Below, piece by piece: positions 1 to 12,521 of a DNA stretch of 36,933 nucleotides. The DNA is from Basidiobolus heterosporus B8920. Lineage: Eukaryota. The notes below the pieces were generated by a model. The model was not told where the DNA came from and did not search any database. It worked only from the letters and a program-made list of their open reading frames with translations. The translations under genes and the position numbers were made by a program. How positions within the stretch are numbered: position 1 is the first letter of the stretch; each line of letters begins with the position of its first letter. The stretch covers positions 1 to 36,933 of the forward strand of contig JNET01028356.1 in assembly GCA_000697455.1 (NCBI GenBank). Direction: 5' to 3'.

Positions 1-141
1 AAGATGGCAAAAGAAGTCAAGCCACAAGTAGAACAAGCCAAATCAGAAGTCAACCAAGGGAAAAATATGAATCCCCAGCAAAAAGCAAATAGTGCTGCAA
101 AAAAGGCTCAAGAACATTCGGACAAAGAAACTAAGTGGTAA
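1..141 (+). CDS. 3' end of a hydrophilic K/E/Q/A-rich protein (LEA/hydrophilin-like composition), truncated by the window edge
   Basis: Frame 1 is open from base 1 (KMAKEVKPQVEQAKSEVNQGKNMNPQQKANSAAKKAQEHSDKETKW*) to TAA at 139-141. An AT-rich region with AATAAA follows. Confidence 0.5.
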   Translation, partial: KMAKEVKPQVEQAKSEVNQGKNMNPQQKANSAAKKAQEHSDKETKW

Positions 142-506
142 ATTAATGTATGATAAAGAATAAAATGTAAATTTTCATCACAATAAAGTCACCTTGTACC
201 TTAAACACTAAAATCCTACTATTTTGAACTGTTTGAATCACGACTACTCCAATACCAGATGGTAGTGCACAATTTTTCCGCATGAGAAGGGGCAAAGCTG
301 AGTAGCAATACAGATTCTGACCATATAACGAAAAACCTTGTAACAAATAAAATATTTCATCAAACGTTGATTAAGGTCCGATGCGACTACGACTAGCTAG
401 ACCATTATTGAAGCCATGATTAAGGAGTATGTTAAACGTCACATGTAGAATGTTCGAAGGATTTATTATAAGAATTATTTAATGTACAATGAACATCACT
501 AATAGC

Positions 507-1313
507 TTATTGCTTGCTAGCGGCCTTAGCACCACTTTGCTCCCAGGCGGCCAAGATGTAATCGATAATATCTTGTAAACCAGGACCGTTCTTGACTTGA
601 GCAAATACAGTGGGACCATTATCACGCATCTTCTTAGCATCTCTGGCCATGACATCCAAATCAGCACCAACAATAGGAGCAAGATCAGTCTTGTTGATAA
701 CCAAAAGGTCAGATTGGGTAATACCTGGGCCACCCTTTCTGGGGACCTTATCACCACCAGCAACATCAATGACGTAGATGATGAAATCAGCCAATTCACG
801 AGAATAGTTAGCAGCAAGGTTATCACCACCAGATTCGATCAACAAAAGTTCACAGTTGAATTGAGCGTGCAATTCTTCCAAAGCGTTCATGTTAGCAGAG
901 ACATCCTCACGAATAGCAGCATGAGGGCAACCACCAGTTTCGATGGCACGAATACGTTCTCTAGGAAGAGCCTCATTACGGACCAAGAACTCAGTATCTT
1001 CCTTGGTGAAGATATCGTTGGTAACACAAGCAATGTTGTAACGTTCACGGAGGGCTCTGCAAAGGGAAAGCATCAGAGCAGTCTTACCGGAACCAACGGG
1101 ACCACCGATACCAACAGTGAAAGCACGTTCACTCCAGTCTCTACGGTTGTAAAGAGGAGGCTCACGCTCAGTGAATTTGCCGGGATGATCCATTTGCTCG
1201 TGAGTGTGTCCGTGGTCATGAGCATCATGATGGTCGTGACTATGACCGTGGTGATCCCCACCTTCAGGGATGGTGTGGGTTTGGTCTTCAAAGCGGCAGA
1301 TATTGTTGGACAT
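507..1313 (-). CDS. ureG: Urease accessory GTPase UreG, eukaryotic type with His-rich N-terminus; intronless
   Basis: Motifs [11 protein letters not shown] (P-loop), ETGGCPH (Ni-binding CPH), [27 protein letters not shown]-terminal [18 protein letters not shown]. The first ATG is at 1313; the ORF track's 1403 start is not an ATG. Confidence 0.96.
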   Translation of the reverse strand: MSNNICRFEDQTHTIPEGGDHHGHSHDHHDAHDHGHTHEQMDHPGKFTEREPPLYNRRDWSERAFTVGIGGPVGSGKTALMLSLCRALRERYNIACVTNDIFTKEDTEFLVRNEALPRERIRAIETGGCPHAAIREDVSANMNALEELHAQFNCELLLIESGGDNLAANYSRELADFIIYVIDVAGGDKVPRKGGPGITQSDLLVINKTDLAPIVGADLDVMARDAKKMRDNGPTVFAQVKNGPGLQDIIDYILAAWEQSGAKAASKQ

Positions 1314-1979
1314 ACTAGTAAACAAAGGAATGTTACTTTCACAACTGCGCGGCTTACTTCGTTTTATACTTTCAAGTGATGATGTAAACCCAGGTTCCAC
1401 CAATCATGCTATGAGACGGGATTCATAATACAGAGAAATTCACTCAGTTCTTCACTAGTGATTATCACCATCTATGGAACTGTTCCCAAGTATCTACTTT
1501 TATGGTAGAACTTCAAAGAGGAGTTTATACCATTCTTGGAGATACCCTACTTAGTACATTAGTTCAATCTTTCAACTAGGCAATTTTTTCAAGCCCGGTT
1601 TGGGTAAATATTTAAAATAGGAATCTTCAAGTTCAAATTAGGTCATTTGGGAAAGCCATGTTAGTTACTTCCCTATTGTAGTATATTTGATGAGGGCTAT
1701 CAGTCAGCATAATTATTCTCGTAAATATCCAATCATGGTGTTTTGTAGGAGAATAGTTATTAACTTCAGCAACCAAATAATGGTGCCGTGAATGAAGGTT
1801 TCATAAAATTAGGTACGTAAGCACTTAGACACGCATTGAGTTGGTTTTAAAATGAGAGAAATTCACGGGATTTTCATTCGATTTGATTTTTACCGTTGAC
1901 GTAGAATGTTAATACAATCCAATAAGTGTTTCATACGATTTCTCCTAGATTACCTTTGGCTCAGTTTATTGAACAAATC

Positions 1980-2825
1980 ATGTTGAAAAGGCGCTCCATT
2001 AAACCAGGCGATTTTGAGATGGTCCTAACTTCTGATATTGAAGTATATCCAACAGAAGCGCCATTAACGGTAGAAGCACTTTCAAAATGGTATACACATC
2101 ACCCTGAGTTCGGTATGGTGTATTATTATGATGAAAGTGAAAAGGGCCTAGAGGGAAGTGAGAAAATTGTAGCCACCTGTTGTGTAGTTCCTCTCACTAC
2201 TGAAGGATGGCTTCAACTGACTAGAGGTGCTATTATCGAAAGTCAGTTGGAAGATGAAATGTTGTTCGATATTTCTCAACTTCCCAACGATGAAATTGGT
2301 TTACATATATATCACATGGAACGATATCCTTCTTGGGCCTCCCTTCCTCAAACAACGAATAAAGAGAGGTTCGGGACTCTGGTTCTAAAGAGTATCCAAG
2401 AGATTCTAGAGAAACTAAGAACCACTAACAAGAATTTAAGCGTTATAGGACTGTCAGGTATTGAATTTTTAGAGTTAAATACCTCTATATTTGAAGTTTA
2501 ACCGAGTCTGATTTGATGCCCATTAGGTCTGTGTGTCTCTACCTCGGGTATCAATCTATTCTCCAATCTTTATAATTGTCGTGAGCGTGAACCTTACATA
2601 TGCAGAGAGCATATTTTGAGAGTTCCAAAAGTCTTACAAACCACTACAGAATCATGCCCATTTCGTACCAACAGGACTGGCCTGATAGTGCTAGAAAGCG
2701 ACAATCAAGCGGAGCTGACTGCACTGTTAGATCAAGGGTACCGTTACATAACCAGGTGTAAAATGCTGGTTCTGAAGCCTGATGATTTTAGTATCGTTTG
2801 GCACTACATTCAACTAAAAAGCTGA
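1980..2825 (+). CDS. Uncharacterised protein with a predicted GNAT (acyltransferase)-like fold; 2 exons (1980-2457, 2527-2825)
   Basis: GT..AG intron 2458-2526 joins ...VIGLSG|LCVSTSGINLF... in frame to the TGA at 2825. The pattern DxEVYP...KWYxxHPEF...VATCCVVPL...LHIYHM...CVSxSGxxLF resembles GNAT-fold proteins (by eye). Confidence 0.7.
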
Positions 2826-3141
2826 CGTAGTTACCAGCCACTCTCACTGGATTTCTTGATGTATATAAGAACCTAGTCATTAAAGTGCATTCAAATCAAA
2901 TTTAGAGTAGTTTCAGCTGTAAGCCCAGTGTATGATATCTAGGGGAGTATTCGAGAAAGACACTACATTATCAGATTTGGCATATTCTATAAATATATTC
3001 TGTGTATATATTGTGTGTATATTGTGGAAATGGCACAATCAACTTGAATCGTAATCAATATGAACAAAGAAAGTGCGGGGTGAATATTTTCATGCCGACA
3101 ATTCGGAAGGTGAGTGAGTTTGGAATCAGGGAAATCTTAAT

Positions 3142-4328
3142 TTAGAGTTGAGAGTGGTCCAAGTCTAAGAAATAAGGATGCTGTAGAGCCTTCTTGGCGG
3201 AGATTCGATAGACTGGATCAAATACAAGCATTTTCTAGATAGGGAATCGGGTTAGTGGTGCTTCAACAATGGTATAATGGAAGGGTGAGTATAGAGAACC
3301 TTTAATAAATCAATTCCATCTGCGTCCATCGTGGGGATGACTTGTGCTAAATCCTGGGGATTCCAGTTTGGAAAAGTTCCTTTATAATCAGGCAGACTCT
3401 CAACTCCAGGCCATGTCGAATTTTTGGGAGTTCCCAGCAGTCTGAGGGTATATGAGTAGGAATCGACTTTGAAACATTATGAACAACAGAACAAACCTAA
3501 AGATGTGGAACAATTCATCAATCTCTGAGTCACCGGGAAATAGTGGCTTACCAAGCGCCATTTCAGCAAAAATACAGCCAACACTCCACATATCTACGCC
3601 GGTGGAGTACTGACGAGAGCCGAGAAGAATCTCTGGTGCCCGATACCACAACGTAACGACCTAAGAAGACAGTAAAGATCAATATCTTTGAGTCCGAACC
3701 AACCAATTAAAACTGACCTCATGAGTGTAATTACGCATCGGAACACCAAATGCACGTGCCAGACCAAAGTCAGCCAATTTCAATGTACCTTCACGATCGA
3801 CCAGAAGATTGTGTGGCTTTAAATCACGATGCAGAATACGACGTGCGTGGCAATATGCCATTCCTCGGCATAGCTGATATATATAACTCTAACAAACAAG
3901 CTGCGTTGGCTTTCCATCAAAGAATCGATAATACAGTCTAAGTTCAACGGCAAAACATACCTTGACTTGCATTGGGTCAAGCGTACCTGCTTTATCCATG
4001 TACCGTTTGAGGTCTAAATCCAAGAATTCAAAGACAAGGTACAACTTTCCGTCGCTATGGATGATATCTAAGAGACTGAGGGAAATTCAGTAACCGGTAG
4101 AAAGTTTAGGACTAGTATATATATGACTTACCCAACAACATTAACATGATTCAATTCTTTGAGGACGGAAATTTCACGAATGGCCGTGGTCGGTACACCT
4201 TCATCTTCAGATTCGAGGCGAACCTTTTTCATGGCAACAATGCGGCCTGTACGGTTGTCCTTGGCTTTGTATACAACACCATAAGCTCCTTCACCGACTT
4301 TTTCGATTTTGGTATAGTTTTCGGACAT
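3142..4328 (-). CDS. cdc2: Cyclin-dependent kinase, CDK1/Cdc2/Cdc28 family (variant GEGAYG and PTTAIRE); multi-exon
   Basis: Motifs [72 protein letters not shown]. Ends [12 protein letters not shown] at 3142. Confidence 0.93.
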
Positions 4329-4883
4329 TGAATTTGGTATATAATAAGGAGGCTAAATAGACGGTGGGCGGAAATAATAATAATAATAATAGAACTAGAG
4401 ATGAGGTGAGGTGAGGTTAATGAACAGTCAATGTTAGTATTTAGCGAGCGAACTAAGGTAAAGATAAGGATGAAATGAGTTTTGATCCAGTAGAAACAAG
4501 ACGCAACAAAATGGGAAATATTGGGTCAGAAAAAATGAAATTTCAATTGTTATGGATGTCGCAAATAAGTGTCTCACAGAATCGATTCGATTGTTTTGAA
4601 GTGTGAAAACAAATCATGCTACGAACCTTTATTTCCCCCCCCCACCAGTCTCAAAACCTATGGAACTTCTAGATTTACCAGATTTATTGAAACCAAGATA
4701 AAATCAAGTTAATTGCACATCTGGCCAACCGAACTAATAATCTTCCATTATAGGGGTTTCATCTATTTCGAATTTCACAGTACTGGTGTCTAATCTATCA
4801 TAGTAAGGCTTGTGCTCTATTACTTGAATGTTGTCTAATCTGATAAAAAAACTAGACTTACACACTTCCACTCACACCTGTTT

Positions 4884-7862
4884 TCAATACAAAAAGTGAG
4901 ATTCTGGTGTGCAGGCTACCATTTTTAGCGAACCGACTTTGATTCTGGATTCTCGCGTTGCGTGCGACCAACGATTAGGCTGTGTAGGATTTGCAGTAGG
5001 AGGAATCGGAATGTTTAGACCCAATGTTCTATTATCAGTCTTTAAGGTGGCTTCGAATACACTTTCCTGTGTTTCTTTGAATAGCTCCATCAAAAGATTC
5101 ACCGAGGTGGGGAGAAACAACCCAGTCAACTCAATCTTGTATGAAGTCTGTAACGACTCTTGGCCGTAAGGGGTATCTAGTGCAGTTCGGTGAATTTTCC
5201 CATTTTTTGCGATCTAAATGGGGTAGAAGAGTCAAGATGTGTGAATCATTTGGTGGCTGAATCAAAACGTACCTTAGCACTCTTCACTGCGGCATTCAGG
5301 AAAGGATCGGGTGAGATTAACCAGGGCCGACTCTTGACATGGTGTTCAAGTCGACTATCTTTCCAATTGAGTAAGAAATCAAATAAGCCATGAACATTAA
5401 GATGTCCCGAGAAATGCAATGCAGATCGGTAGGAATTATCCCAATTGAAGTGAGTGTTCTTCTGAGAACTAGAACTGGTGTGAATTGAGGAGCCTATGCA
5501 ACAACATAAAACGGCAACCTACGTAGAACCGGGATTTAGCTTCTCCAGTGCCTCGAGCTCCCTCAAGATTTCCTGCCTTTCTTCATCTGGGATAGGGTCA
5601 TCATCTCCTCGATAAAGCACGTCAGAAGATAACCGATCCAGTGGTACTTCGAACTCAATGCCTTCATTCTGGAGAACCTTACGTAACCCATGTGTCGACT
5701 TGTTCATAATGGCTTCAAACTCTCCAGAATCGGAGGTGTTTTTTGATTTGAATAAAACCGAGAATTGTTCATTAATGTAGTAAAAATAACTGCACGCTCC
5801 GTTCCTCAACGAATAATACAGAGAGCGAAACGCATCCTTCCTGTCGAGTAAAAAGTGACAGTTAGTGTTCGAAATCGTCATGACGGAACATCAATGTTAG
5901 TTACCATTCTTCAATAGAGCTTTTGAACTCTGCTATGCTTTCTTTCTCCTCCATTAATAAGGAGCCAGTCTTTGACATTACTTTTATCAAATAATCAGTG
6001 TAAGGTTTGGGGCTTTCGAAGGTCGGATATATCCAACTATGCATATGTTTTTTCAATTGACTCTATATCATAGTTAGCTATGTACAGTTGTGAGTTACGA
6101 AATCCGAAAGAACCAACATTGATATTATCTGGGTCTTGGGATTTAACGAAAGAATTCAATGCTTCGGTTTGATGTACTGAGGCTAAGCTGTCACACCATT
6201 GGAATGGCTTTGTCGATGTAAAAGCTAGATGCACTTTAATGGTCCAATCGAAGGGTGCAGTTTGGCTTGCTTGCTTGAACTGAACATCGGTTAGTTGAGT
6301 GAGTCGCAACGCAATGGTCTTTCAAATCAATCAGGTAGATTACCTTTGAATAGCTGCCGGTACCTTGTAGCGAAGAGATAGAGTCAACATTAAGGACTGT
6401 TGAGTGTGAATACAACCTTGTTGAACATACCTATATTCCTTGGATTCTATGTATATACGAAAGACAAGTGAATGAGTACACAATACTGGGTTATCCCATA
6501 AACTCCGGGAAACACTTACGTCTATGTTGATGATATCCTCTGACGGATTCTCCGTATTGTCGAACGTGTCTAAAATCGTATATGAGATCAAAAAACTTAT
6601 CAGAGCACTCGCTTGGCATTAAATTGATACCTTGCATTTCTACATCTTGATCAGCATTACGCTTTCCCGTTAGTGGCTGGTTGTTTACACCAATTAAGTA
6701 TTAGCCATATTATGCTCAATCAATAGAGGAAAACACGTACATCTCGACGCTCTAACAGATTGAATAGTACGCTATGATTATCCTCTGCATCCACTAAGAC
6801 AGAAGTGGCATCAGTACATCAGACCAATTCGATAAACAATAGGTGGTCACAATTACCATTCTTAGAGTTTTCGGGATCTGCTGCTGTGGTGATATCCTAA
6901 AACCCAAATCACAGAATGAACTAGGGAACCTTCAAGTCTTATGTGTACTCACTAAATACCTTATAATTGGTAGGGATCTTCAGAATCTTTGAGTCTGACA
7001 AAAGTATTGTCAATACGTTTGATGTTCGTTTAATAAGCAAGCGTATGGTTACCATCATTGATTTCGTATTTGTGGTTACTTTGCATGAAATCATGTTTTC
7101 TCTTCATGTATGTGGTCCCATCCTCGGCATCACTAAGTTCATCAGAATATTCTGATAGCGACCCTTCTCCATCCGATTCATCGCTGCTTTTGAAATGACT
7201 AGATTCGTGCATATCTTCGCTCAAAGCAACAAAATTCTTGACTGCAGTATGCCGTTGAACTTGCAATGGGGTAAAGCGCATGGGAAGGGCGTTTGAGGGT
7301 TGCTAAGTAATTAAATATAGACTTAATTAACTAACGAAGTGTTGGGTAGAATAAGGTGGGTGTTAAATATTTGTAATCCTTACACTCTTTACTAATCCTA
7401 GCCTCTTTTCTTCCAACTGAATATCTGAGGTCTGTGCACTAGAACCCTGCCCATTTTTCTCGGAAACAAGTTTTCCAAAGATTGTGAATGGATTTAACTC
7501 TGAAGAGTCAAGGTGTTGCTCTGAGGAAGCAAATGGATTTACCTCAGCCTGTTTACTTTTTGTTCTTTCAAAGGCTGCATGTGTTGTCTGAGGTTCAGAC
7601 AAGGGAATTCTATTAGTTCCAGTCACTAAGTTTCGTGTTTGCACTGGCTCTATTTTCTTTAGACCAGAAGTATTGTGAAGTTGGACTGGTTGTGAAGCCT
7701 GAGCATTCTCGGGTTTAGCCTGTTGCTTTTGTTGTTCCCGACGTAATTTTTGAAGCCTCTAGAGAACAACGAGCCAAATCAATCACCAGTTCAAACTTGA
7801 TAACTAAAGCAAATATATACTCTCAGCTCAGCGAGGTTTTTCCTTGCAGGTTTTTGTTCCAT
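4884..7862 (-). CDS. DONSON: DONSON (downstream neighbor of SON / humpty dumpty) family replication-initiation protein; many short exons
   Basis: Manual splicing gives a continuous frame from ATG 7862. It contains PFDWTIKVHLAFTSTKPFQW, WKDAFRSLYYSLRNGACSYFYY..FSVLF, STHGLRKVLQNEGIEFEVP and ELTGLFLP, matching the conserved DONSON blocks. Confidence 0.85.
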
Positions 7863-8382
7863 GTCGAACTAATACACCCTTACAGTCAACAGTCTGCACA
7901 AAATTCAAGTTTCGCTCATGTACAAGGAAGTCACGATGATGTTTAATTAGAGTTTATATTGTTTTGATCAGAATTTTAATCCAAGGATCCTCGATTAAAC
8001 ACTAGGAGTAGCAATCCTAACCTAGACAAGGATGACGCTCTTGAATATCCTCCAATCAGTGGTGGATAGTGGATATCTAACCCTAACCCAGGCCATTACA
8101 CAAGGGAACATTTATTGGGTCATATTTTGAACCGTAAGCTACTATTTATTTACATTTCCTAAATAGGAATGGACACCCCCAAACGAAAAATAGAAAATGG
8201 TGGAAAATTTTTATGTTTGTTTATTGTTTTCTAGCAGGTCAAAACAAATAGCGCAAATTCGAGTCCTGACCTACGTCCCTCATTCATGAGATCACCTCTG
8301 TACCCCACTTTCTATTTTTGATAAAAGCCCATGATTTTTGACTTTAAATGCCATCAATTAACCTGAATTCTCATTGCCTGTG

Positions 8383-8548
8383 GTAAGAATAAGGACCCTC
8401 AAAGGGACGTAATTTGTATCCCTTTTCCAGAGAACAGAAAGGTCGTTGAGGATTCATCATCAGGGAGCTAGACATTTTTTTTCTTTTTTAAAAACCCCTT
8501 CGCCTTAAGATTATTGCTTTACTCTGACTCTATTTACTTATTTCTTAG
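8383..8548 (+). other. Probable 5'-UTR intron of the importin alpha gene
   Basis: GTAAGA donor at 8383, CTGAC branch at about 8524, pyrimidine tract and TTAG acceptor at 8548, 35 nt before the ATG. Confidence 0.55.
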
Positions 8549-8583
8549 TTTCCTTTTTTCACTACCCATAAACAATTCACATC

Positions 8584-10188
8584 ATGGAATCCAGAGTTCC
8601 CGAACACAGACGTAATGCCTACAAGTCTAAGGCCATGTTCAAGGCCGACGAACTCAGACGCAGACGTGAAGAGGCTCAAGTAGAAATTCGTAAGCAAAAG
8701 CGTGAAGAGTCTCTCGCCAAGAAGAGAAACATGTTCATTCCTGAAGGTGAAATGTCAGACAGTGACGATGATGACCAGATGGCTTCAGCCGCTGCCGCTC
8801 AATTGCAAGAGCAACTTCCCGGAATGGTCCAGGATCTCTATTCCGATAACGTTGAGGTTGCTCTTCAAGCTTGTACTAAATTCCGTAAACTCCTCTCAAA
8901 AGAAACCAACCCTCCTATCGAGGAAGTCATTGCTTGTGGAGTTGTAAGTAGATTTGTTGAATTTTTGCGTTCTCCTCACTCTCTCCTTCAATTTGAGTCT
9001 GCTTGGGCTCTTACCAACATTGCCTCTGGCTCTTCTCACCAAACTCAAGTTGTTATCGAAAGCGGAGCTGTTCCCATCTTCGTTGAATTACTTAACAGTC
9101 ACGTCGCTGACGTTAAAGAACAAGCCGTTTGGGCCCTTGGTAACATCGCTGGTGATTCTGCTCGTTGCCGTGACTATGTTTTACAAGCTGGTGGTCTTCC
9201 CAACTTGCTTACTCTCTTGAACGAGAACAACAAGATCTCTATGGTTCGTAATGCTACCTGGACTTTGTCCAACTTCTGCCGTGGCAAAAACCCTCAACCT
9301 GAATGGTCTCTAATTGCTCCAGCCCTCCCTACCCTAAACAAGCTTTTGTACTCTCACGATGATGAGGTACTCGGTGATGCTTGTTGGGCTCTTTCGTACA
9401 TGTCCGATGGATCTAACGAAAAGATTCAAGCTGTTATCGAATCCGGGGTTTGCCGTCGTCTCGTCGAGTTGTTGATGCATCCTTCCACTACTGTTCAGAC
9501 TCCCGCTTTGAGAACTGTTGGCAACATTGTGACTGGTGATGATCAACAAACTCAAATCATGATTAACTCTGGTTGTTTAGCTGCCCTTCTCAGCCTCCTT
9601 TCTAGCCCCAAGGATGGTATCAGAAAAGAGGCTTGCTGGACTATCTCTAACATTACTGCCGGTACTCCTGATCAAATTCAATTTGTGATTGATGCCAACC
9701 TTATTCCTCCTCTTGTGCATGTACTCGAGGTTGCTGACTTCAAGACCAAGAAGGAGGCCTGCTGGGCCATCTCTAATGCCACTTCTGGTGGTCTTGCCAG
9801 ACCTGAACAGGTGAAATACCTTGTTTCCACCGGTTGTATCAAGCCTCTGTGCGACCTCCTTACCTGCATGGATAACAAGATCATCCAAGTAGCTTTGGAT
9901 GGTATTGAAAACATCCTTAAGGTCGGCGAGTTGGACAAAGAAATTCACGGAGAAAATCAATATGCTCTCTTTGTGGAAGAAGCTGGCGGTATGGAGAAGA
10001 TCCACAATCTTCAAATCCACGATAACATTCAAATCTATCAGAAGGCCTACGGAATCATCGATAAATACTTCGGTGAAGAAGAGGACGAAGACACCGGTCT
10101 TGCTCCTCAAGTCGATGCTGACACCGGTGCATTCACTTTCCAATCCGATGTGTCGATGCCTCAAGGGGGATTCAGTTTCCAACAGTAG
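8584..10188 (+). CDS. SRP1: Importin subunit alpha (karyopherin alpha), 534 aa, intronless CDS
   Basis: IBB domain ([27 protein letters not shown]). ARM repeats with [37 protein letters not shown]-terminal GGFSF. Confidence 0.98.
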   Translation: MESRVPEHRRNAYKSKAMFKADELRRRREEAQVEIRKQKREESLAKKRNMFIPEGEMSDSDDDDQMASAAAAQLQEQLPGMVQDLYSDNVEVALQACTKFRKLLSKETNPPIEEVIACGVVSRFVEFLRSPHSLLQFESAWALTNIASGSSHQTQVVIESGAVPIFVELLNSHVADVKEQAVWALGNIAGDSARCRDYVLQAGGLPNLLTLLNENNKISMVRNATWTLSNFCRGKNPQPEWSLIAPALPTLNKLLYSHDDEVLGDACWALSYMSDGSNEKIQAVIESGVCRRLVELLMHPSTTVQTPALRTVGNIVTGDDQQTQIMINSGCLAALLSLLSSPKDGIRKEACWTISNITAGTPDQIQFVIDANLIPPLVHVLEVADFKTKKEACWAISNATSGGLARPEQVKYLVSTGCIKPLCDLLTCMDNKIIQVALDGIENILKVGELDKEIHGENQYALFVEEAGGMEKIHNLQIHDNIQIYQKAYGIIDKYFGEEEDEDTGLAPQVDADTGAFTFQSDVSMPQGGFSFQQ

Positions 10189-10597
10189 ATGCTCCATCGG
10201 AAGCAACCTAAACTCTACTCAACCAGCTAGATCTAATTTGTTCCACTTACGTCTCTTTGTTTATCAGACCACTCAAAATCCTTGTATTTTTTAACAAATG
10301 ACATTCACTCGCTTTATATTTGCCAGGTCTTCTCCTATCCAACCAATTTTTTCAAGTTGTTTTATACAAAACCCAGTCTTTTTTACTAACCCTATCCCTT
10401 CCCACTATTCGCATCCATTTCCCACTCACCTTTCCTCCTTATAGGGTATGATTCTTATGTAAACACAACTTCTAATTCCCACCTTTACCCTGGTGCACAT
10501 AGTCACTAAATCCCCCGCGTTGTGCAGGACAAATAAACCATCCCCACTGTGGAAAAGCGCACATATTGATTTAAATGACAAATTTATTAATGCTATG

Positions 10598-12123
10598 TTA
10601 CTGCTGACTCGTTACGTAATTACTGGCGTTCTTTAGTGTATCAACATCCTCAAAAATTCTTCTGAAAGCCGCATCTTCATTTCTCACATACAAGATGGAG
10701 ATTAGGAAAAAGGTGAAGGCGTACAAACCCACAGCCAACATGGCCATGTTTACCACAGCAACTACCCAGAAAGATGGTTGGGCAATTACAACGAGTAAGT
10801 AGAGGAATATCGTAGTGATAAGAGATACCCAAAATCTCCAATAATATCTGTTGCGACGTTGATGTGAATTCTTCAATCCAGCCCATAAAAGATGTAACAA
10901 TACTTCGATCAACTTCTCATCTTTTAACGATTCACCTAGCATATCAATCGACTCAATATCACCGGAATGGAAGTCTTCTATAGGGATGCCTGTATCCTTG
11001 TTTGCTATGTCGAAGATGGATGCTACAGCAAAATGATCCGAAAAAGAGCACTCAAGCCCAGGAACAAGTTCGGTTAGACATACCTGAGAATCCTTACATT
11101 TCAAGTAAGGACTCTGAGAGTAAAAGATATAATCTAAACGTTCACCCGGTAATTGATTGTCCATTTTCTGTTTGAGCTTTCGCTTTGTGAATGTATTCGA
11201 AGGGACATCACAGGTTAGACCATTCATACGAACGATGTCGTCCACGTTCGTATTGGGATTGTACTCAATTTCTCTCATTTTGACACCACGTATTTGATCC
11301 CAAGAGTCGGTCAAGCCACCGTATGATTTCAGCATGTTGATGACCAGATTATCTGGTTTACTATTATAGTCTCCCAGCTAAGAGAGCAGATTCAAATAGG
11401 ATGAGAGGGTGAAAAGTAAATAAAGATATCATCGAGATTCACTAGTTAAGGCTTGATGAACGAACCGCAATTATGTGGTTGCCGGTTTTCATTGCTTCTG
11501 TTATGATACGTGTAAGCTCCCAACCTTGAGCAGCTCGATGATAAGAATTCTCATCTTCGCTACTATATTGTGCGATCAACTGACCATTTTTAACACGTGA
11601 AGTATGTTATCTTTAGTCAAATGCGTCCAAAAGTAAGAGCGTCAATGAACTTACGTGGGTATTATAAACTTCGATGATACCAGCGGTAGGATGCAAAACA
11701 TGACAACAAGCCACTGCTTTGGCAACATACCAATCACCCTGAAGTACTTTCAAAGGATTCCCATTCAAAGAGTACGGTCTGGCAAAGCTATTTACCAGGG
11801 GAAATTTAGAGAAGATCGCCAGACCCGCCCCAAATACACCAGTATGAAAGAACCGAGAAAAAGGTAGAGTATCGGAGACAATAAGACGAACGTTCTCAAA
11901 GTCTTCAAATACCCATAATTCCTGAAGTCCCACAATATCGTACTTGGATTCAGCCAAGTATTGAGCAATTGCGGTCAAGCGTTGACGTCGCTTTTGCGAT
12001 ACAAATTTCAAACCCCTAAGTTAAGAGATTAGCTTCAAGTCCCTTAGGCAAATGGATTTTCCTATGTATCAAGTTGATAACTCACCAACAATTGAGAGTA
12101 AAGACTGATATCTCTGAAGTCAT
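10598..12123 (-). CDS. ISC1: Inositol phosphosphingolipid phospholipase C / neutral sphingomyelinase (EEP superfamily) with two C-terminal TM helices
   Basis: Spliced start MTSEISVFTLNCW|GLKFVS. Motifs DIVGLQELW, GDWYVAK, YNTH, GDYN, RLDYIF, SDHFAV. Two hydrophobic C-terminal segments. Confidence 0.92.
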
Positions 12124-12521
12124 ATGAGTTGAAGAGCAGCGGAATATGGATTAAATCAATCACCAGTGAATGTAACGGTGACTTTTGACGCCTAGCCTGA
12201 AATACTCGAATTGATTGATTTCTGCACCTGATGGCTGTAATTGAATGTGACTGGGATGAATATAAAACAATCTATGTAAATGAACCCCAAGTCCGTTGGT
12301 CTATACTTATTTATTGTTTAGTGGGATGGACATGTTTAGTGATAGAATGAAGATCAGCAAAGATCGTTAAAAGCTTTTCCAAAAGTATAAAATAGAGCTA
12401 GGATACTTGGGATGAATAAAGTAACAGAAAACTATATAATAAGAGAAACAACTGAACAAAGTCGCTGAATTAACAATACATAACGGATGAGAGGGAAGAG
12501 TATCTAGTAAAGTGAATATTA

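Noticed and set aside
597..1379. 260-aa antisense ORF over ureG
   Set aside because: Mirror-frame shadow of a codon-biased gene; no recognisable protein.
6037..7281. Apparent in-frame stops between DONSON ORF fragments (pseudogene or recoding)
   Set aside because: All fall inside canonical GT-AG introns, and the spliced frame is intact.
9577..10206. 209-aa antisense ORF over importin alpha
   Set aside because: Same shadow-ORF effect.
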